A stretch of 64,000 nt of DNA from an uncultured Elusimicrobia bacterium (GCA_963702895.1 OY969767.1:2144001-2208000), one strand, 5' to 3'; counted from the stretch's first letter, positions 11,791 to 22,440 are shown. Notes: generated from the sequence alone by a model not told the origin. Translations and numbers: made by a program.

Positions 11791-13320
11791 ATGATTTGCC
11801 TGCATTCACGCGCAAGCTTTCATGTTGCATCGAAGCGTCTTTACATATTCATAGGCGTATTGATCGTCTTTGCAATTGCTCTGCATGTGCGTTTTTCTTG
11901 GGCCATTCCGGACCCTATTTTTACACCAGACAGCGCCGCCTATCTACATCCCGTTTTTAGCTTGATGTCGGGTGGCGCATGGGACATGCCTTTTCACAGA
12001 ACCATGGGATATCCCGCCTTTTTATTCGTTCTCCTACGAACCTTTTCACATTTTCTCATTGTATTGATTATTCAACATGCCCTTTGGTTAGCGATGGCCG
12101 CTATCACAGCACTCATCTATTACCGGCATTTCCATGCGAAACTTCTACACGCAAGCATCGTTTTCTTTCTCGTGGCCATTCTGCCGCGTGGTGTTGTTTA
12201 CTCTCACACGATCTTGACAGAAGTTCTTTTCACGTTTGTAGCGATCCTCGCTGTCGAGAGGTTTTTGTCGGCAACCAGACATCCAGCACTTGATCGGTGG
12301 ATCACGGCCGGCACCCTGCTCGGCATTGCGGTTCTCATTCGGCCGACCGGGCGCGCGTGGGTCGCGGGTCTCTTTTTCTGCTTATTGATTTATCTGAAAG
12401 GTCGTCGTCCATACTTGCGGGGCGGCTTCGCATGTCTGACGACCTTCCTGCTGACCCTGACCCCTGTATGTCTCTATCACTATCATACGCATGGGTTTTT
12501 TGGCACTGAAAAGACGGCGGGCGCCTACCTGTTCATTAATGCGGCGCAATTTCTGAACATCGCCAATGTCAAAGATAAGTCTGTGAAAAGCATTCTGGAT
12601 CCATTTTATTCCACTCCAGAAGATCTGGCTCGCTTAAGGGAAACACGCTGGGTCTATGCGGATCCGGCTGGGCCAATGAACACGCTCACCGGTGCTTTAC
12701 CCCGCGGAACGGATGTCGATCAAGTATTTCTCACGCTTTCGCTGCAAGCGATGACCGATCATCCATTGAGATTTATTCTCCAACAAGCCAGACTCTTTTT
12801 CAAGTTTCAACGAACCTCCTCACAAAGGCCTGCCTATCTTTTTCCGAAAGAAGTTCCTTTTTTTCGAGGCATGGAAATCTTCGGAAACGCAACACGCGCC
12901 TTTCCTGAAGCACGACGTTTTGTATTTTTTCAACCTGCCTTCGCTCGGCCCTATGAAGCCCGGATGCTTCGTCACCCATCCTATCCGCATCAGCCGGGGC
13001 CTTTTCCTCTTAACTTCGTCTGGCCGTATGTTTGGGCGGTGGGTGCCTTGCCAAGCCTGGCTGTGTTACTCTCTTTGTTTCTCTGGAAGGACAGGAACCT
13101 AAGATTTCCGATGGTCATGCTCTGGTCGGTCATCGTAGCCCATATTCTCATCACGAATCTTGCGACTGGACCAGACATTCAGATTCGCTATGGAATTCCT
13201 ATCGAGCCCCTCTACCTTGTGCTTGCCATGGCAGGCGTCACCCAGGCATGCCAATCCATACACTGGAAAGAAAGACTGCTACGCCTTCGAGGGAAAGCGG
13301 TGCAATGCCTCCAAGCATAA
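11791..13320 (+). CDS. Multi-TM GT-C fold glycosyltransferase (ArnT/PMT-like)
   Basis: TPDSAAY, RTMGYPAF, ILTEVLF, LIRP motifs; many TM helices. Confidence 0.7.
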   Translation: MICLHSRASFHVASKRLYIFIGVLIVFAIALHVRFSWAIPDPIFTPDSAAYLHPVFSLMSGGAWDMPFHRTMGYPAFLFVLLRTFSHFLIVLIIQHALWLAMAAITALIYYRHFHAKLLHASIVFFLVAILPRGVVYSHTILTEVLFTFVAILAVERFLSATRHPALDRWITAGTLLGIAVLIRPTGRAWVAGLFFCLLIYLKGRRPYLRGGFACLTTFLLTLTPVCLYHYHTHGFFGTEKTAGAYLFINAAQFLNIANVKDKSVKSILDPFYSTPEDLARLRETRWVYADPAGPMNTLTGALPRGTDVDQVFLTLSLQAMTDHPLRFILQQARLFFKFQRTSSQRPAYLFPKEVPFFRGMEIFGNATRAFPEARRFVFFQPAFARPYEARMLRHPSYPHQPGPFPLNFVWPYVWAVGALPSLAVLLSLFLWKDRNLRFPMVMLWSVIVAHILITNLATGPDIQIRYGIPIEPLYLVLAMAGVTQACQSIHWKERLLRLRGKAVQCLQA

Positions 13321-13464
13321 GGCCATGAGCGGCAGGCAACTGAAAAAGGGAGGAGAAACTTGGCGACGGCAGGGGCTTCTCATAGAGGCCGGCATCAGAA
13401 CGAGCACGCTTACAACGTTTCTCGGCCAGTTTCTGTTCGAGCAAACTTCAAAAAGGAGACGGTC

Positions 13465-14427
13465 ATGCACACTCTCGATATCATCATTCCTGTTTACAAT
13501 GAAGCTCCTGTTCTCAAAGAGCTGGCTCGACAATTGGACGCCGTCTTTCACCCCGATGCGCTCAAGAAAGTGGGCCTTAAGTCCGTCCGTTACCTTTTCG
13601 TCGATGACGGTAGTGCTGATGAAACAGCATCCATCCTGGCTGACAAGATTCATCAAGGCTGGCACGCGAGCTTAATCTGCCTCTCCCGAAATTTTGGTCA
13701 CCAGGCTGCTCTTGTCGCGGGACTCGATCATGCGACAGCCGATTTCGTCGGCATCATTGATGCCGATCTGCAAGACCCCCCGGAAACCCTACTTGAAATG
13801 CTTGACAGTATGAAAAACGGATACGACGTGGTCTATGGGCAACGTCGTTCGCGGCAGGAACCCTTTTATCTGCGCGTCCTTTATGCGGCGTTCTACCGGC
13901 TTTGCAGCTTTCTCTCCGAAGTCCATTTCCCGGTCGATGTCGGCGACTTCTGCGTCATGCGCCAAGAAGTCGTCATGGCGCTCCACAAACTGCCTGAAAA
14001 GTTGCGTTTTATCCGGGGGCTTCGTAGTTGGGTGGGCTTTCGGCAACATTGTGTACCCTACGACCGTCCCGCACGACACTTAGGGACCAGTAAATACACA
14101 CTTCACAAACTCTATGCCCTGGCGACGGACGGGATTGCTTCGCTCAGCGTTCGGCCCCTTCGTGTGACGCAGCTTCTATTATTTCTATCGATTCTCGGCA
14201 CTTTGGCATTCGTGGGCACCGCTGTCTATCTCTATGTGCGCCAAAGCATGAGCACTCCTTATATGGTGTGGTTTCTGGCCACTCAAGGATTAATCGCCTT
14301 TACGGCTTCGCTTCAACTCTTAAGCTTCTACATTCTAGGAGGCTATATTGGCCGTATGTACTTGGAAGTCAAGGCTCGCCCCACGTATGTCGTGATGCGC
14401 ACCATCGGAATTCCTTCCGACAAATAA
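13465..14427 (+). CDS. GT2 polyprenol-phosphate glycosyltransferase (GtrB/ArnC-like)
   Basis: IIIPVYNE, VDDGS.D, LSRNFGHQAAL.AG, IDADLQDPP, two C-terminal TMs; AAGGAG RBS. Confidence 0.92.
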   Translation: MHTLDIIIPVYNEAPVLKELARQLDAVFHPDALKKVGLKSVRYLFVDDGSADETASILADKIHQGWHASLICLSRNFGHQAALVAGLDHATADFVGIIDADLQDPPETLLEMLDSMKNGYDVVYGQRRSRQEPFYLRVLYAAFYRLCSFLSEVHFPVDVGDFCVMRQEVVMALHKLPEKLRFIRGLRSWVGFRQHCVPYDRPARHLGTSKYTLHKLYALATDGIASLSVRPLRVTQLLLFLSILGTLAFVGTAVYLYVRQSMSTPYMVWFLATQGLIAFTASLQLLSFYILGGYIGRMYLEVKARPTYVVMRTIGIPSDK

Positions 14428-14428
14428 T

Positions 14429-15223
14429 GTGACTTACGAAAAGATCTCCTCTCCCCTCGGTTCTGATTTTCCCCAGGAGTGGTACGCCCATTCGGAGCAT
14501 CATTTCTGGTTCTCGTGGCGCAAGCGCGTTTTGGATCGGATGATGCGAGATTTCGCCTTGCCCCGAAAGGACCCCTTGAACGTTTTTGAAATAGGCTGTG
14601 GCGCAGGGATTCTCCGAAAGCAGATCGAAGACTTGACTGCATGGACCATCGATGGGGCAGAACTCAATGACATCGCGCTCAAAATGGCATGCCCCAGCCG
14701 CGGCCGGACGATGCTCTATAACATCCACGAGCGACTTCCTTCCTTAAAAGAGCGCTATGAGGTCGTGGTGCTCTTTGATGTTCTCGAGCACATTGAAAAT
14801 CAGAGCGAGTTTTTGAAATCGGCGCTATGGCATTTAAAACCACGCGGCTGGGTGATCGTCAACGTTCCCGCGCTGCAATGTTTATACTCGCATTACGACA
14901 AATTGGTGGGGCATTACCGGCGCTATGAAAAGGCGCCGTTAGGCGATTTGCTGGCCGGCGTAGGACTTGAAGTCGTCGATCTCCGGTATTGGGGATTTTC
15001 TCTTTTGCCGATCGCGGCACTGAGGAAGCTCATCATGAAACAGGCCAAGACACCGCAAAACGCTATCGAGCGCGGATTCGATGTCTCCCCACCCATCAAT
15101 ATTCTCCTTAAAACGGCCATGGTCGCCGAAACAGCTATTCTCGACCATCCGCCGTACGGGATATCCCTCATGGCGCTAGCCCGGAATCTTCCGTTGCCGT
15201 CACCCCGGCGTCCGCCGGGATGA
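14429..15223 (+). CDS. Class I SAM-dependent methyltransferase
   Basis: HFWF..R, EIGCGAG, FDVLEHI, GHYRRY. Confidence 0.88.
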   Translation: MTYEKISSPLGSDFPQEWYAHSEHHFWFSWRKRVLDRMMRDFALPRKDPLNVFEIGCGAGILRKQIEDLTAWTIDGAELNDIALKMACPSRGRTMLYNIHERLPSLKERYEVVVLFDVLEHIENQSEFLKSALWHLKPRGWVIVNVPALQCLYSHYDKLVGHYRRYEKAPLGDLLAGVGLEVVDLRYWGFSLLPIAALRKLIMKQAKTPQNAIERGFDVSPPINILLKTAMVAETAILDHPPYGISLMALARNLPLPSPRRPPG

Positions 15224-15319
15224 CGGCACAAAAAAGCATACTGGCCTCGGACCACAACATCGAACCAACAGAAGTCTAGGTTAATCAATGATGAGTCTTG
15301 TAGGTTGACAGAGAAAGAA

Positions 15320-15376
15320 GATAGATGGATGGATGGATGGATAGATGGATGGATGGATGGATGGATGGATGGATGG
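15320..15376. repeat. (GGAT/AGAT)n tetranucleotide microsatellite
   Basis: About 14 tandem units; partial reverse complement at 15437-15461. Confidence 0.9.
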
Positions 15377-15459
15377 AAAAGCGACTGATGGGGTAATTTG
15401 CCCGGGAGTACCAACCAATACCAGCCAATGAACTTACTATCTATCCTTCCATCTATCTA

Positions 15460-16437
15460 TCAATCTTTTGCTGGCCGATAACCGATCTGGCGGTAGAGGT
15501 CCGGGGAAGCTTTGAGGTAGCGGTCCTGGGCGGTTTCCTCAAGCCACAGGCGAAGAATTTCCGGATGGGCCTGCATGCGCGTGTCGCCCCATTTCTCATG
15601 CTTGAATTGCGCGAGGCTGTCCCAGTCGCAGCTGATATAGCAGATGGCTTTGATGCCGTGGGCCTGGACAAACTTCAGGTAGGGTTTGAACCAGAGGTTC
15701 CAGGAATTGGCGTGGCGGGTCTGAAATTTAATAGGACAGCTTTCCGCGATCATGAGCGGCTTATGGCGCGCTTTCGCAAATTGGACGACGGGCATCATGA
15801 AGGACTGCGGCTGGTCAAAGTAGGTGGTACCAACCCAATCCACATAATCGTCTCCCGGATACCAGTCTTCGAGGGGCCTGGAGATCTTGCTGGCGTAGGA
15901 ATGCCAGACATAGGCCACATTCCGGACACCCGCTTTGCGAAGCCGATCCACCATGCGGCGATAGGCGCGCACATAATCCTCCGGCGGGTAGTGATTATGG
16001 GGACCGTCGAACTCATAACCGATCCTCAGGAAGATGGGCTGGCGTCTTGCCCGCATCCACTCCCCAAGCCGGTCCATGCGGTCGTCCAGTTTTCCTTCGG
16101 CCATGTCCGCGCACTGGTCCACGAGGTACAGGCCGATTTGAAGGGCAACCTCCGGATAATCCTGTGAGAGTTTTTGAAGGTGCTGGGTCCCGTCGCCCTG
16201 GTTGAAAGGCTCCGTCAGCCCCTCCAGTCGCCGCAAGGACGTATAAGACGTGAAGCCGGCGGGAAGCACCTTCGCCGCGTCCAGGTAAGAGGCGATGGCC
16301 TCCTGGTCCTGTCCCACAATCAGCAGAACCTTTCCATCGGGAGGCTCAAAGAGCGCTCGCTTGGCATACGCGTTTTTGGAGACGATTCCGACCATGATCA
16401 AACTCACCAGTCCTCGCGCAACAATCTTCGGCGCCAC
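15460..16437 (-). CDS. Secreted GH26-like glycoside hydrolase
   Basis: Signal peptide, FLRIGYEFD, WYPGDDYVDWVG, KPLMIAES. Confidence 0.8.
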   Translation of the reverse strand: MAPKIVARGLVSLIMVGIVSKNAYAKRALFEPPDGKVLLIVGQDQEAIASYLDAAKVLPAGFTSYTSLRRLEGLTEPFNQGDGTQHLQKLSQDYPEVALQIGLYLVDQCADMAEGKLDDRMDRLGEWMRARRQPIFLRIGYEFDGPHNHYPPEDYVRAYRRMVDRLRKAGVRNVAYVWHSYASKISRPLEDWYPGDDYVDWVGTTYFDQPQSFMMPVVQFAKARHKPLMIAESCPIKFQTRHANSWNLWFKPYLKFVQAHGIKAICYISCDWDSLAQFKHEKWGDTRMQAHPEILRLWLEETAQDRYLKASPDLYRQIGYRPAKD

Positions 16438-16747
16438 ACCAGCATTATAGTTGGAGCCGGCCGCTTATTCTTTGTGAATCGGCGCCCCGGAACAGCGGCA
16501 ACCCAAAACGGCGGCAGACCAGAACAACGGCAAGCCGGAGCGGCAGAGTGCTGGCATTCTACGAAAGCGAATCCGCGGCGGAGGGGCCTGAGGCAAGCGT
16601 ACCTGCCCTTGGCTGTCACAACAGTGAGCTGACCGTGCCTGAGCTGACCTTGACTGTCACAACGGCGCATCAGGCCTGCGCATTGTGACAGACACCTCAT
16701 GACGGACACCTCATGACGTTCGTTATCCAAGTGGTACAATTCTTGCC

Positions 16748-17497
16748 GTGAAATGCCATCTGCTCACCTGCGTCTCCCAGATGAAGGCGGCCGATGACCG
16801 GCAGATGGTGCGGCTGAGCCAAAATGCGAGCCCGAGCATCGAGAGATTCGTTCTCATCTCTAAGAGATTTCCCTTTATTGTCCTGCTCGGCTTAATCGGG
16901 CTGGCACAGATCGGAAGCGCCGCCACCTTTGAACTTGTGCCCCGGGTGGGCTACCGGTTCAACGGCAGTCGGGATCTTGCCTACCCCTATGATCACATGG
17001 ACATCACCAACGACGGCGCAATCGGCTTGTCCCTGGGGTATTTGACCCAAGACAATGGAGAAATCGAGCTCTCCTGGACACGCTCCGACACCGAGGTCAT
17101 CGGGGATCGCTCAGACGGATCGCCGGCTGAACACCTGGATGTCCGACTCGAACAGTACCACATCAACTTTATCCATATGCTTGATCCCGAGCCAACCCAG
17201 CGCTTCATATTGATCGGCCTGGGGGCCACGCGGTTCAACCCCACAGGCGACCGGGAATCGGCGCTTCGTTTCTCCTTTGCAATCGGGTGCGGAATGAAAT
17301 GGCTCTGGACCGACAACCTCGGCTTCCGTGTGGACGGACAAATGTCACCCTCTTTCACACCCAACGGCAGCACCTTCTTTTGCCAGGAAGACGGGGGTGG
17401 CGGGTGCTACACCACCGAATCCAACAGTTACTTCCACCGGACGTTTCCTTTCATTAACAGTTTCCAATTCACGGCGGGACTCCTCTTGCGCGTTTGA
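16748..17497 (+). CDS. Outer membrane beta-barrel protein
   Basis: Amphipathic strands and C-terminal FQFTAGLLLRV; start uncertain. Confidence 0.7.
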   Translation: MKCHLLTCVSQMKAADDRQMVRLSQNASPSIERFVLISKRFPFIVLLGLIGLAQIGSAATFELVPRVGYRFNGSRDLAYPYDHMDITNDGAIGLSLGYLTQDNGEIELSWTRSDTEVIGDRSDGSPAEHLDVRLEQYHINFIHMLDPEPTQRFILIGLGATRFNPTGDRESALRFSFAIGCGMKWLWTDNLGFRVDGQMSPSFTPNGSTFFCQEDGGGGCYTTESNSYFHRTFPFINSFQFTAGLLLRV

Positions 17498-17537
17498 CAC
17501 GGTTTTTCCGTATGTCATAATTTCAAGGGGTTTTCCG

Positions 17538-18083
17538 ATGCGAATTTCAGTTCCTCTCACAACGGCTTACCACCTCATCAATCATGGGGCTTGTCCGGTC
17601 ATCACCACCGGAGACGGCAAGCGTCGCGACGCCGCGCCCATCAATTGGACGATGCCGGTCTGCGATGATCCGTTTCTGGTCGCAATCGCAGTCGAAGACG
17701 GTATTTTTACGGATGAGCTCATCAAGGCGAACGGCGAGTTCGCGGTCAACGTCGTAGGCGAAGAGATGGCTGCCGAGGTGCTCGCGCTCGGGAAATGCTC
17801 CGGACGCAAGAAGGACAAATTCGAGGCCCTCCACATCGAACCGGCGGCTTGTCATACGATCAAGCCGCCGCGCCTCGCCCAGGCCAAGGCCCACGTGGAA
17901 TGCCAGGTGATCGAAAAACACCCTCTCCCTGGGGTTAATCTCTACATCGGAAAGGCCACCCATGCGGAGATCGAAGAGGACTGCTGGGACGGCCGGCAAG
18001 TCATTTTAGAGAAACTGCGCACGCTGCACCATATCGGTGGCGGGGTTTTCGCAGTGACGGATAAGGCGAAGAAGTACTCCTAA
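17538..18083 (+). CDS. Flavin reductase family protein
   Basis: LINHG..VIT, GEFAVNV, CSGR..DKF, HVEC, TLHHIGGG.F. Confidence 0.88.
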   Translation: MRISVPLTTAYHLINHGACPVITTGDGKRRDAAPINWTMPVCDDPFLVAIAVEDGIFTDELIKANGEFAVNVVGEEMAAEVLALGKCSGRKKDKFEALHIEPAACHTIKPPRLAQAKAHVECQVIEKHPLPGVNLYIGKATHAEIEEDCWDGRQVILEKLRTLHHIGGGVFAVTDKAKKYS

Positions 18084-18123
18084 CGTCGAAAAGAGAGTTA
18101 AGGGGCGAAGGGAGAAGCGGCAA

Positions 18124-18351
18124 TTACGGCAAAGCAGGCTTGCCGCAGGCTAACTCATAGGCGATGCGAGCGGCGTCAGCCCGGTCAGAAAAATGGATGT
18201 CTGCCTCTCGAAGCGCTTGCATGAGAAGCGCGTGCAGATCGGCCCGCAAGAGCGCTATATCTTCGGAGAGGGCGGGCGTTAAGCTCCCAGCGCGTTCGTC
18301 AATCTCCACGCACCGTAAATAGGCTCTGGCAATTTCTTCCAACTTCACCAT
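18124..18351 (-). CDS. Hypothetical protein
   Basis: AAGGAG RBS; 75-aa ORF downstream of argS. Confidence 0.6.
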   Translation of the reverse strand: MVKLEEIARAYLRCVEIDERAGSLTPALSEDIALLRADLHALLMQALREADIHFSDRADAARIAYELACGKPALP

Positions 18352-18394
18352 AACTCCTTTGCGATATAGACAGCTAGACGGGTGAAGAGAGGTG

Positions 18395-20185
18395 TTACAT
18401 CGACTCCGGGGCGCTGACGCCCAAAAGGGCTAGACCCAGCTTCAGGATGGAGCGCGCCGCGGCGAGCAGCGCCAGGCGGGCCTGCGTGAGCCGGGGATCG
18501 TCCCCCAAGACCCGGTGGTGATCGTAAAAGAAATGGAATTGTTTGGACACCTGCATCAGGTAATTCGCCAAAGGATGCGGTGAGTCTTCCTGGGCGCAGA
18601 CGAGCAGCGCCTGCGGGAAGAGCGCTAGCCGTTTCATCAACTCCCGCTCTTCCTTTTCTTTCAATAACGTCAGAATAGCCAGAACGTCGGAATAGACAGA
18701 CGTCGGAATAAACGGAAGGCGGAAGGAACGCAGATCGGATCCGCCTTCTGTCGTTTCTGGCTTCTGTCTATTCTGCCTTCTGTCTATTCCGCCTTCTGTC
18801 TTTTCCGCCGTCTGTCTATTCTGCTGTCCGTCTACTCCGCCGCCCGTTTTTTCCGCCGCCTGCCTGAAGATCGAACAAATCCTCGCGTGAGCATACTGGA
18901 GGTAATAGACCGGGTTTTCGACCGTGTGCTTCTTGGCGAGCTCGAGGTCAAAATCGAGGGCGCTGTTCGGGCCCCGCATGGCGAAGAAAAACCGGCAGGC
19001 GTCTTTTCCTACTTCATCCAAGACGTCTCGCAGCGTAACAAATTCCCCCGCGCGCTTGGACATCATGACCGGCACGCCGTTTCGGGTGAGCGCCACCATC
19101 TGATTGAGGATCACATGAAGCTTGGAGGCGTCATAGCCCAGGGCCTGGACCGAGCCTTTGACGCGCGGCACGTAGCCGTGGTGATCGGCGCCCCATACAT
19201 CGATGAGCAGGTCATAGCCCCGCTCGTACTTGTCAGCGTGATAGGCGATGTCCGTCGCGAAATACGTCCAGCGCCCGTCGCGCTTCCTTAAAACCCGATC
19301 TTTGTCTTTGGTTTCCTCATCGCCTGTGGCCACAAACCACAAGGCGCCATCTTCTTCTTTCACGTGTCCGCGATCCGCGAGCACCTGGAGATGTTTTTCG
19401 ACAAGCCCCTTTTGGACGAGACTGGACTCGCTAAACCACGAATCAAAATGGACCCCAAAGGCCTCCAGGTCCTCTTTGAGCTTCTCCGTCATTGTCCTGA
19501 CCGCAAACAGAACGGCCTTCTCCAAGACCCGATCTCGAGCCGGCGCCTGAGCCACAAATTCCTTCGCGAGGTCCTTGACGTAATCCCCGCGGTAGCCGTT
19601 TTCAGGGAAAGGAACGGACTTGCCTTCAAGTTCCGCACAGCGGGCGAGGAGCGACTCCCCCAACATCTGGACTTGGTTGCCGGCATCGTTGATGTAGTAC
19701 TCCCGCGTGACCCCGTAGCCCAGGTGAGACAAGATGAGCGCCAGGGAATCCCCGAGGGCCGCTCCTCGGCCGTGGCCCACATGGAGCGGCCCGGTCGGGT
19801 TGGCGGAGACAAATTCAATGAGGATTTTTTGCCCCGCGGCGGCGCCGACGCGGCCGTAGCGCTGGTCCTCCTTGAGCAAGAGGGCCATCTCCTGCTGAAG
19901 AGCGGCGAGCGTCCAGCGAAAATTGATAAAGCCAGCCCCCGCGACGCTCACGCCTTCGATCATCGGCAGGGCCTTCTCAAAGAGCCCCTTGAGCTCTTCC
20001 GCCAGAGCACGCGGGGACTTCTTGAGCGGCTTGGCCAGAAGAAGCGGCAGGTTACAGGCGACATCGGCGTCAATGCCGGCCGGCGGCTCCTCGAGCGTGT
20101 AGGCCGGAAGCGCCGTCAAACCTTGGCTTCTGGCCCAGGGCTCCAGTTTCGCGTCTAACGCTTGGCGCAAGGCATCGAGCATCAT
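18395..20185 (-). CDS. argS: Arginine--tRNA ligase, with in-frame repeat insertion
   Basis: EFVSANPTGPLHVGHGRGA, WGADHHGY, MSKRAG, NPVYYLQYAHARICSI, GVSAPESM; ATGA overlap with rsfS. Confidence 0.96.
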   Translation of the reverse strand: MMLDALRQALDAKLEPWARSQGLTALPAYTLEEPPAGIDADVACNLPLLLAKPLKKSPRALAEELKGLFEKALPMIEGVSVAGAGFINFRWTLAALQQEMALLLKEDQRYGRVGAAAGQKILIEFVSANPTGPLHVGHGRGAALGDSLALILSHLGYGVTREYYINDAGNQVQMLGESLLARCAELEGKSVPFPENGYRGDYVKDLAKEFVAQAPARDRVLEKAVLFAVRTMTEKLKEDLEAFGVHFDSWFSESSLVQKGLVEKHLQVLADRGHVKEEDGALWFVATGDEETKDKDRVLRKRDGRWTYFATDIAYHADKYERGYDLLIDVWGADHHGYVPRVKGSVQALGYDASKLHVILNQMVALTRNGVPVMMSKRAGEFVTLRDVLDEVGKDACRFFFAMRGPNSALDFDLELAKKHTVENPVYYLQYAHARICSIFRQAAEKTGGGVDGQQNRQTAEKTEGGIDRRQNRQKPETTEGGSDLRSFRLPFIPTSVYSDVLAILTLLKEKEERELMKRLALFPQALLVCAQEDSPHPLANYLMQVSKQFHFFYDHHRVLGDDPRLTQARLALLAAARSILKLGLALLGVSAPESM

Positions 20186-20538
20186 CGGCGTCTCCAGGTG
20201 ATGGGCTTGGCTTTTCCCCACAGTTTTTCCAGACGATAAAAGTGCCTCGCGTCCGGCAAAAGGAGATGGACAATGAAGCCGCCGTAATCGAGCACGATCC
20301 AGCGGCCCGCGGCGTGCCCTTCCTGATGGACCGGATCAAGGCCTTTGCGCTTTAAGGCGTCCAGGATGCTTGAGCGTATGGCCTTCATCTGGACCGTGCT
20401 CTCGGCGCCCGCCACCACGACATAGTCCGCCACATCGCTTTCTTTGCGAATGTCGAGGACGATCACATCCTGCGCCTTTTTCTCAAGCGCAGCTTCCGCG
20501 GCGTCTTTGGCCGCTTTCCGAAAATCAATACGCTTCAT
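20182..20538 (-). CDS. rsfS: Ribosome silencing factor
   Basis: EKKAQDV.VLD, WIVLDYG...VH, R.FY.LEKLW. Confidence 0.93.
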   Translation of the reverse strand: MKRIDFRKAAKDAAEAALEKKAQDVIVLDIRKESDVADYVVVAGAESTVQMKAIRSSILDALKRKGLDPVHQEGHAAGRWIVLDYGGFIVHLLLPDARHFYRLEKLWGKAKPITWRRR

Positions 20539-20550
20539 GAAACACCCACG

Positions 20551-21771
20551 TCACCATTTCCATTTCTTTTCCTGATGCCGAAAGTCGTTGCCAAGGATGA
20601 CATCCACATCCACGTGCAGCGAAGGCATGGGACGGCTCACGATTTCCGCGGCGACGTTTTCCTTCATCGCGTCGGCAACCGCCTGGGCGGGACGAAGGTC
20701 TCCCGAGCGGTCCACAATGAGGGTTTGGGACTGCCGGGTGGAGAAGTTTCCGATTTTAACAACATCAAAGCCGCTTTGACGAAGCAGGACCATCACATCC
20801 TTGGCCGCTTGGGGCCGGTCCGACGCGTTCCACACCTGAATGGTCGCCCTTCCCCGCCAGGACGCTCCCCCGGTGCCCGGCTCGGACACGCTCATCGATT
20901 CCATCGGAGACTGCATGATGGAGACGATGCGCTGCGTCGCATCGGGATCCATCTTCAGGAGCTGGCCCTTCGGCACGCCGGGCACTGACATCAAGCGAAT
21001 ATTCTTTCGGCTCACGCGCCGGCTCTCCAAAAGGAGCATCGCCATGTCCCAAGGCTGAAGATTGGTGTGAAAGCCCTTCATCACCTCCCCGGCATGCCGG
21101 GGCAACCGCCAGAGGACAGCCGGCCTCTTTAAGCGCTTGATCACCTCACGTAAAAAAATCTGTTGCCTGCGAATGCGGCCTTGGTCGGCGCTCTTCCCTC
21201 GGAAGCGCACGAATTCGAGCGCCTGCTTGCCGTTCATGAGGTACGTTCCTGTGTCAAAGTGAATGTGGAGGTTGCCCCAGTTGTCATCGTAGTGCATGGG
21301 TTCGGTCACTTTCATCGGGACCCCTCCGATGGCGTCGATCAAGGAGCGAAATCCGCCGTAGTCAATCGTGAAGTAGTAAGGAATCTCAAACCCCCGAGCG
21401 TTGCCCGAGGACAAGAGCGTCTCCACCACTTCCTTAACGGAAAGCGACGCAATCGCAAAATTCTTTCCGGAATGGCGGAACTCGTAGGTAAACACCTCGT
21501 TGATTCGCCGGACGGAAGGCATCTGCGGGATCGAGACCATGGTGTCACGCGGAACCGAGAGCACATCCAAAAACCTTGATTTCGGGTCGTAGGAAATGAC
21601 GATGAGCGTATCAGAATGTCTGGCGTAATCCTCGTAATCGCTGCCGATGAGGACCCCCCGGATGGGTTGTTCTTCGATCAGGGCCCGGCCCACAGGACTC
21701 TGCCAGGCCAGGACCGCGGTGATCAGGCACAGAAGGGTGCAGACGTACAGAAGGACGCGGTCGAGCTTCAT
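20551..21771 (-). CDS. LCP (LytR/CpsA/Psr) family protein with LytR_C domain
   Basis: SDTLIV, LSVPRDT, AL.FVRFR, D.GRI.RQQ, V.VILGND. Confidence 0.9.
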   Translation of the reverse strand: MKLDRVLLYVCTLLCLITAVLAWQSPVGRALIEEQPIRGVLIGSDYEDYARHSDTLIVISYDPKSRFLDVLSVPRDTMVSIPQMPSVRRINEVFTYEFRHSGKNFAIASLSVKEVVETLLSSGNARGFEIPYYFTIDYGGFRSLIDAIGGVPMKVTEPMHYDDNWGNLHIHFDTGTYLMNGKQALEFVRFRGKSADQGRIRRQQIFLREVIKRLKRPAVLWRLPRHAGEVMKGFHTNLQPWDMAMLLLESRRVSRKNIRLMSVPGVPKGQLLKMDPDATQRIVSIMQSPMESMSVSEPGTGGASWRGRATIQVWNASDRPQAAKDVMVLLRQSGFDVVKIGNFSTRQSQTLIVDRSGDLRPAQAVADAMKENVAAEIVSRPMPSLHVDVDVILGNDFRHQEKKWKW

Positions 21772-22334
21772 TCGGGGCGTCGATACAAATGATGTTTCCG
21801 AATATAGCGTTCGACGGCCTCCGGCACCCGGTAGCGGATCGATCGGTGCCTGCGGACCCTGGAACGAATCTCGGAGCTGGCGTAGGAAGGAAGTCGCCCA
21901 GCCGGTATCAAGCGGCAGACGGCCTTGATCCGTTCGGGATGACGCCAGTTTCGGAGGGACCTCATGGCATCGGCGCCCAAGAGCAAGTAGAGGGAGGCCT
22001 TGGGATAACGCGCCTGAAAGTGTTCGGCCGTCTCATACGTATAGACCACCCGCCCGGCGCGAACTTCCCAGTCACTGAGGCCAAAGGCAGGATTTCCCCG
22101 AAGAGAAAGCCGCAGCATCGCCAGGCGATGAGCGGGGGAGGTGAGGAGTGCCTTTTTGTGCGGAGGCCGCCCGGAGGGCACAAAAATGACTCGGTCCAGA
22201 CGATAAGCCTCACGGGCGGCCTCCGCGATGATCAGGTGGCCGTTGTGGACGGGGTTAAAGGTGCCGCCAAAAAGCGCCAAGCGTATTTTGGATTTTGGAA
22301 TTTTGATTTTGGATTGTTGGCGCAGAGGGTTCAA
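21768..22334 (-). CDS. nadD: Nicotinate-nucleotide adenylyltransferase (start lies within a heptamer repeat, uncertain)
   Basis: LFGGTFNPVHNGH, PPHK, LLGAD, SSEIR. Confidence 0.92.
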   Translation of the reverse strand: MNPLRQQSKIKIPKSKIRLALFGGTFNPVHNGHLIIAEAAREAYRLDRVIFVPSGRPPHKKALLTSPAHRLAMLRLSLRGNPAFGLSDWEVRAGRVVYTYETAEHFQARYPKASLYLLLGADAMRSLRNWRHPERIKAVCRLIPAGRLPSYASSEIRSRVRRHRSIRYRVPEAVERYIRKHHLYRRPE

Positions 22335-22436
22335 AATCCAAAATCCAAATTCCGAATTCTGAATTCCCGAATCCGAAATCCAAAATTCCAGACTTCATAT
22401 TCAAAATCCAAAATCCAAAATCCAAAATCCAAAATC
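22285..22436. repeat. (AAAATCC)n / (GGATTTT)n fold-back heptamer array
   Basis: Tandem aaaatcc units opposite ggatttt units between proA and nadD. Confidence 0.9.
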
Positions 22437-22440
22437 GACA

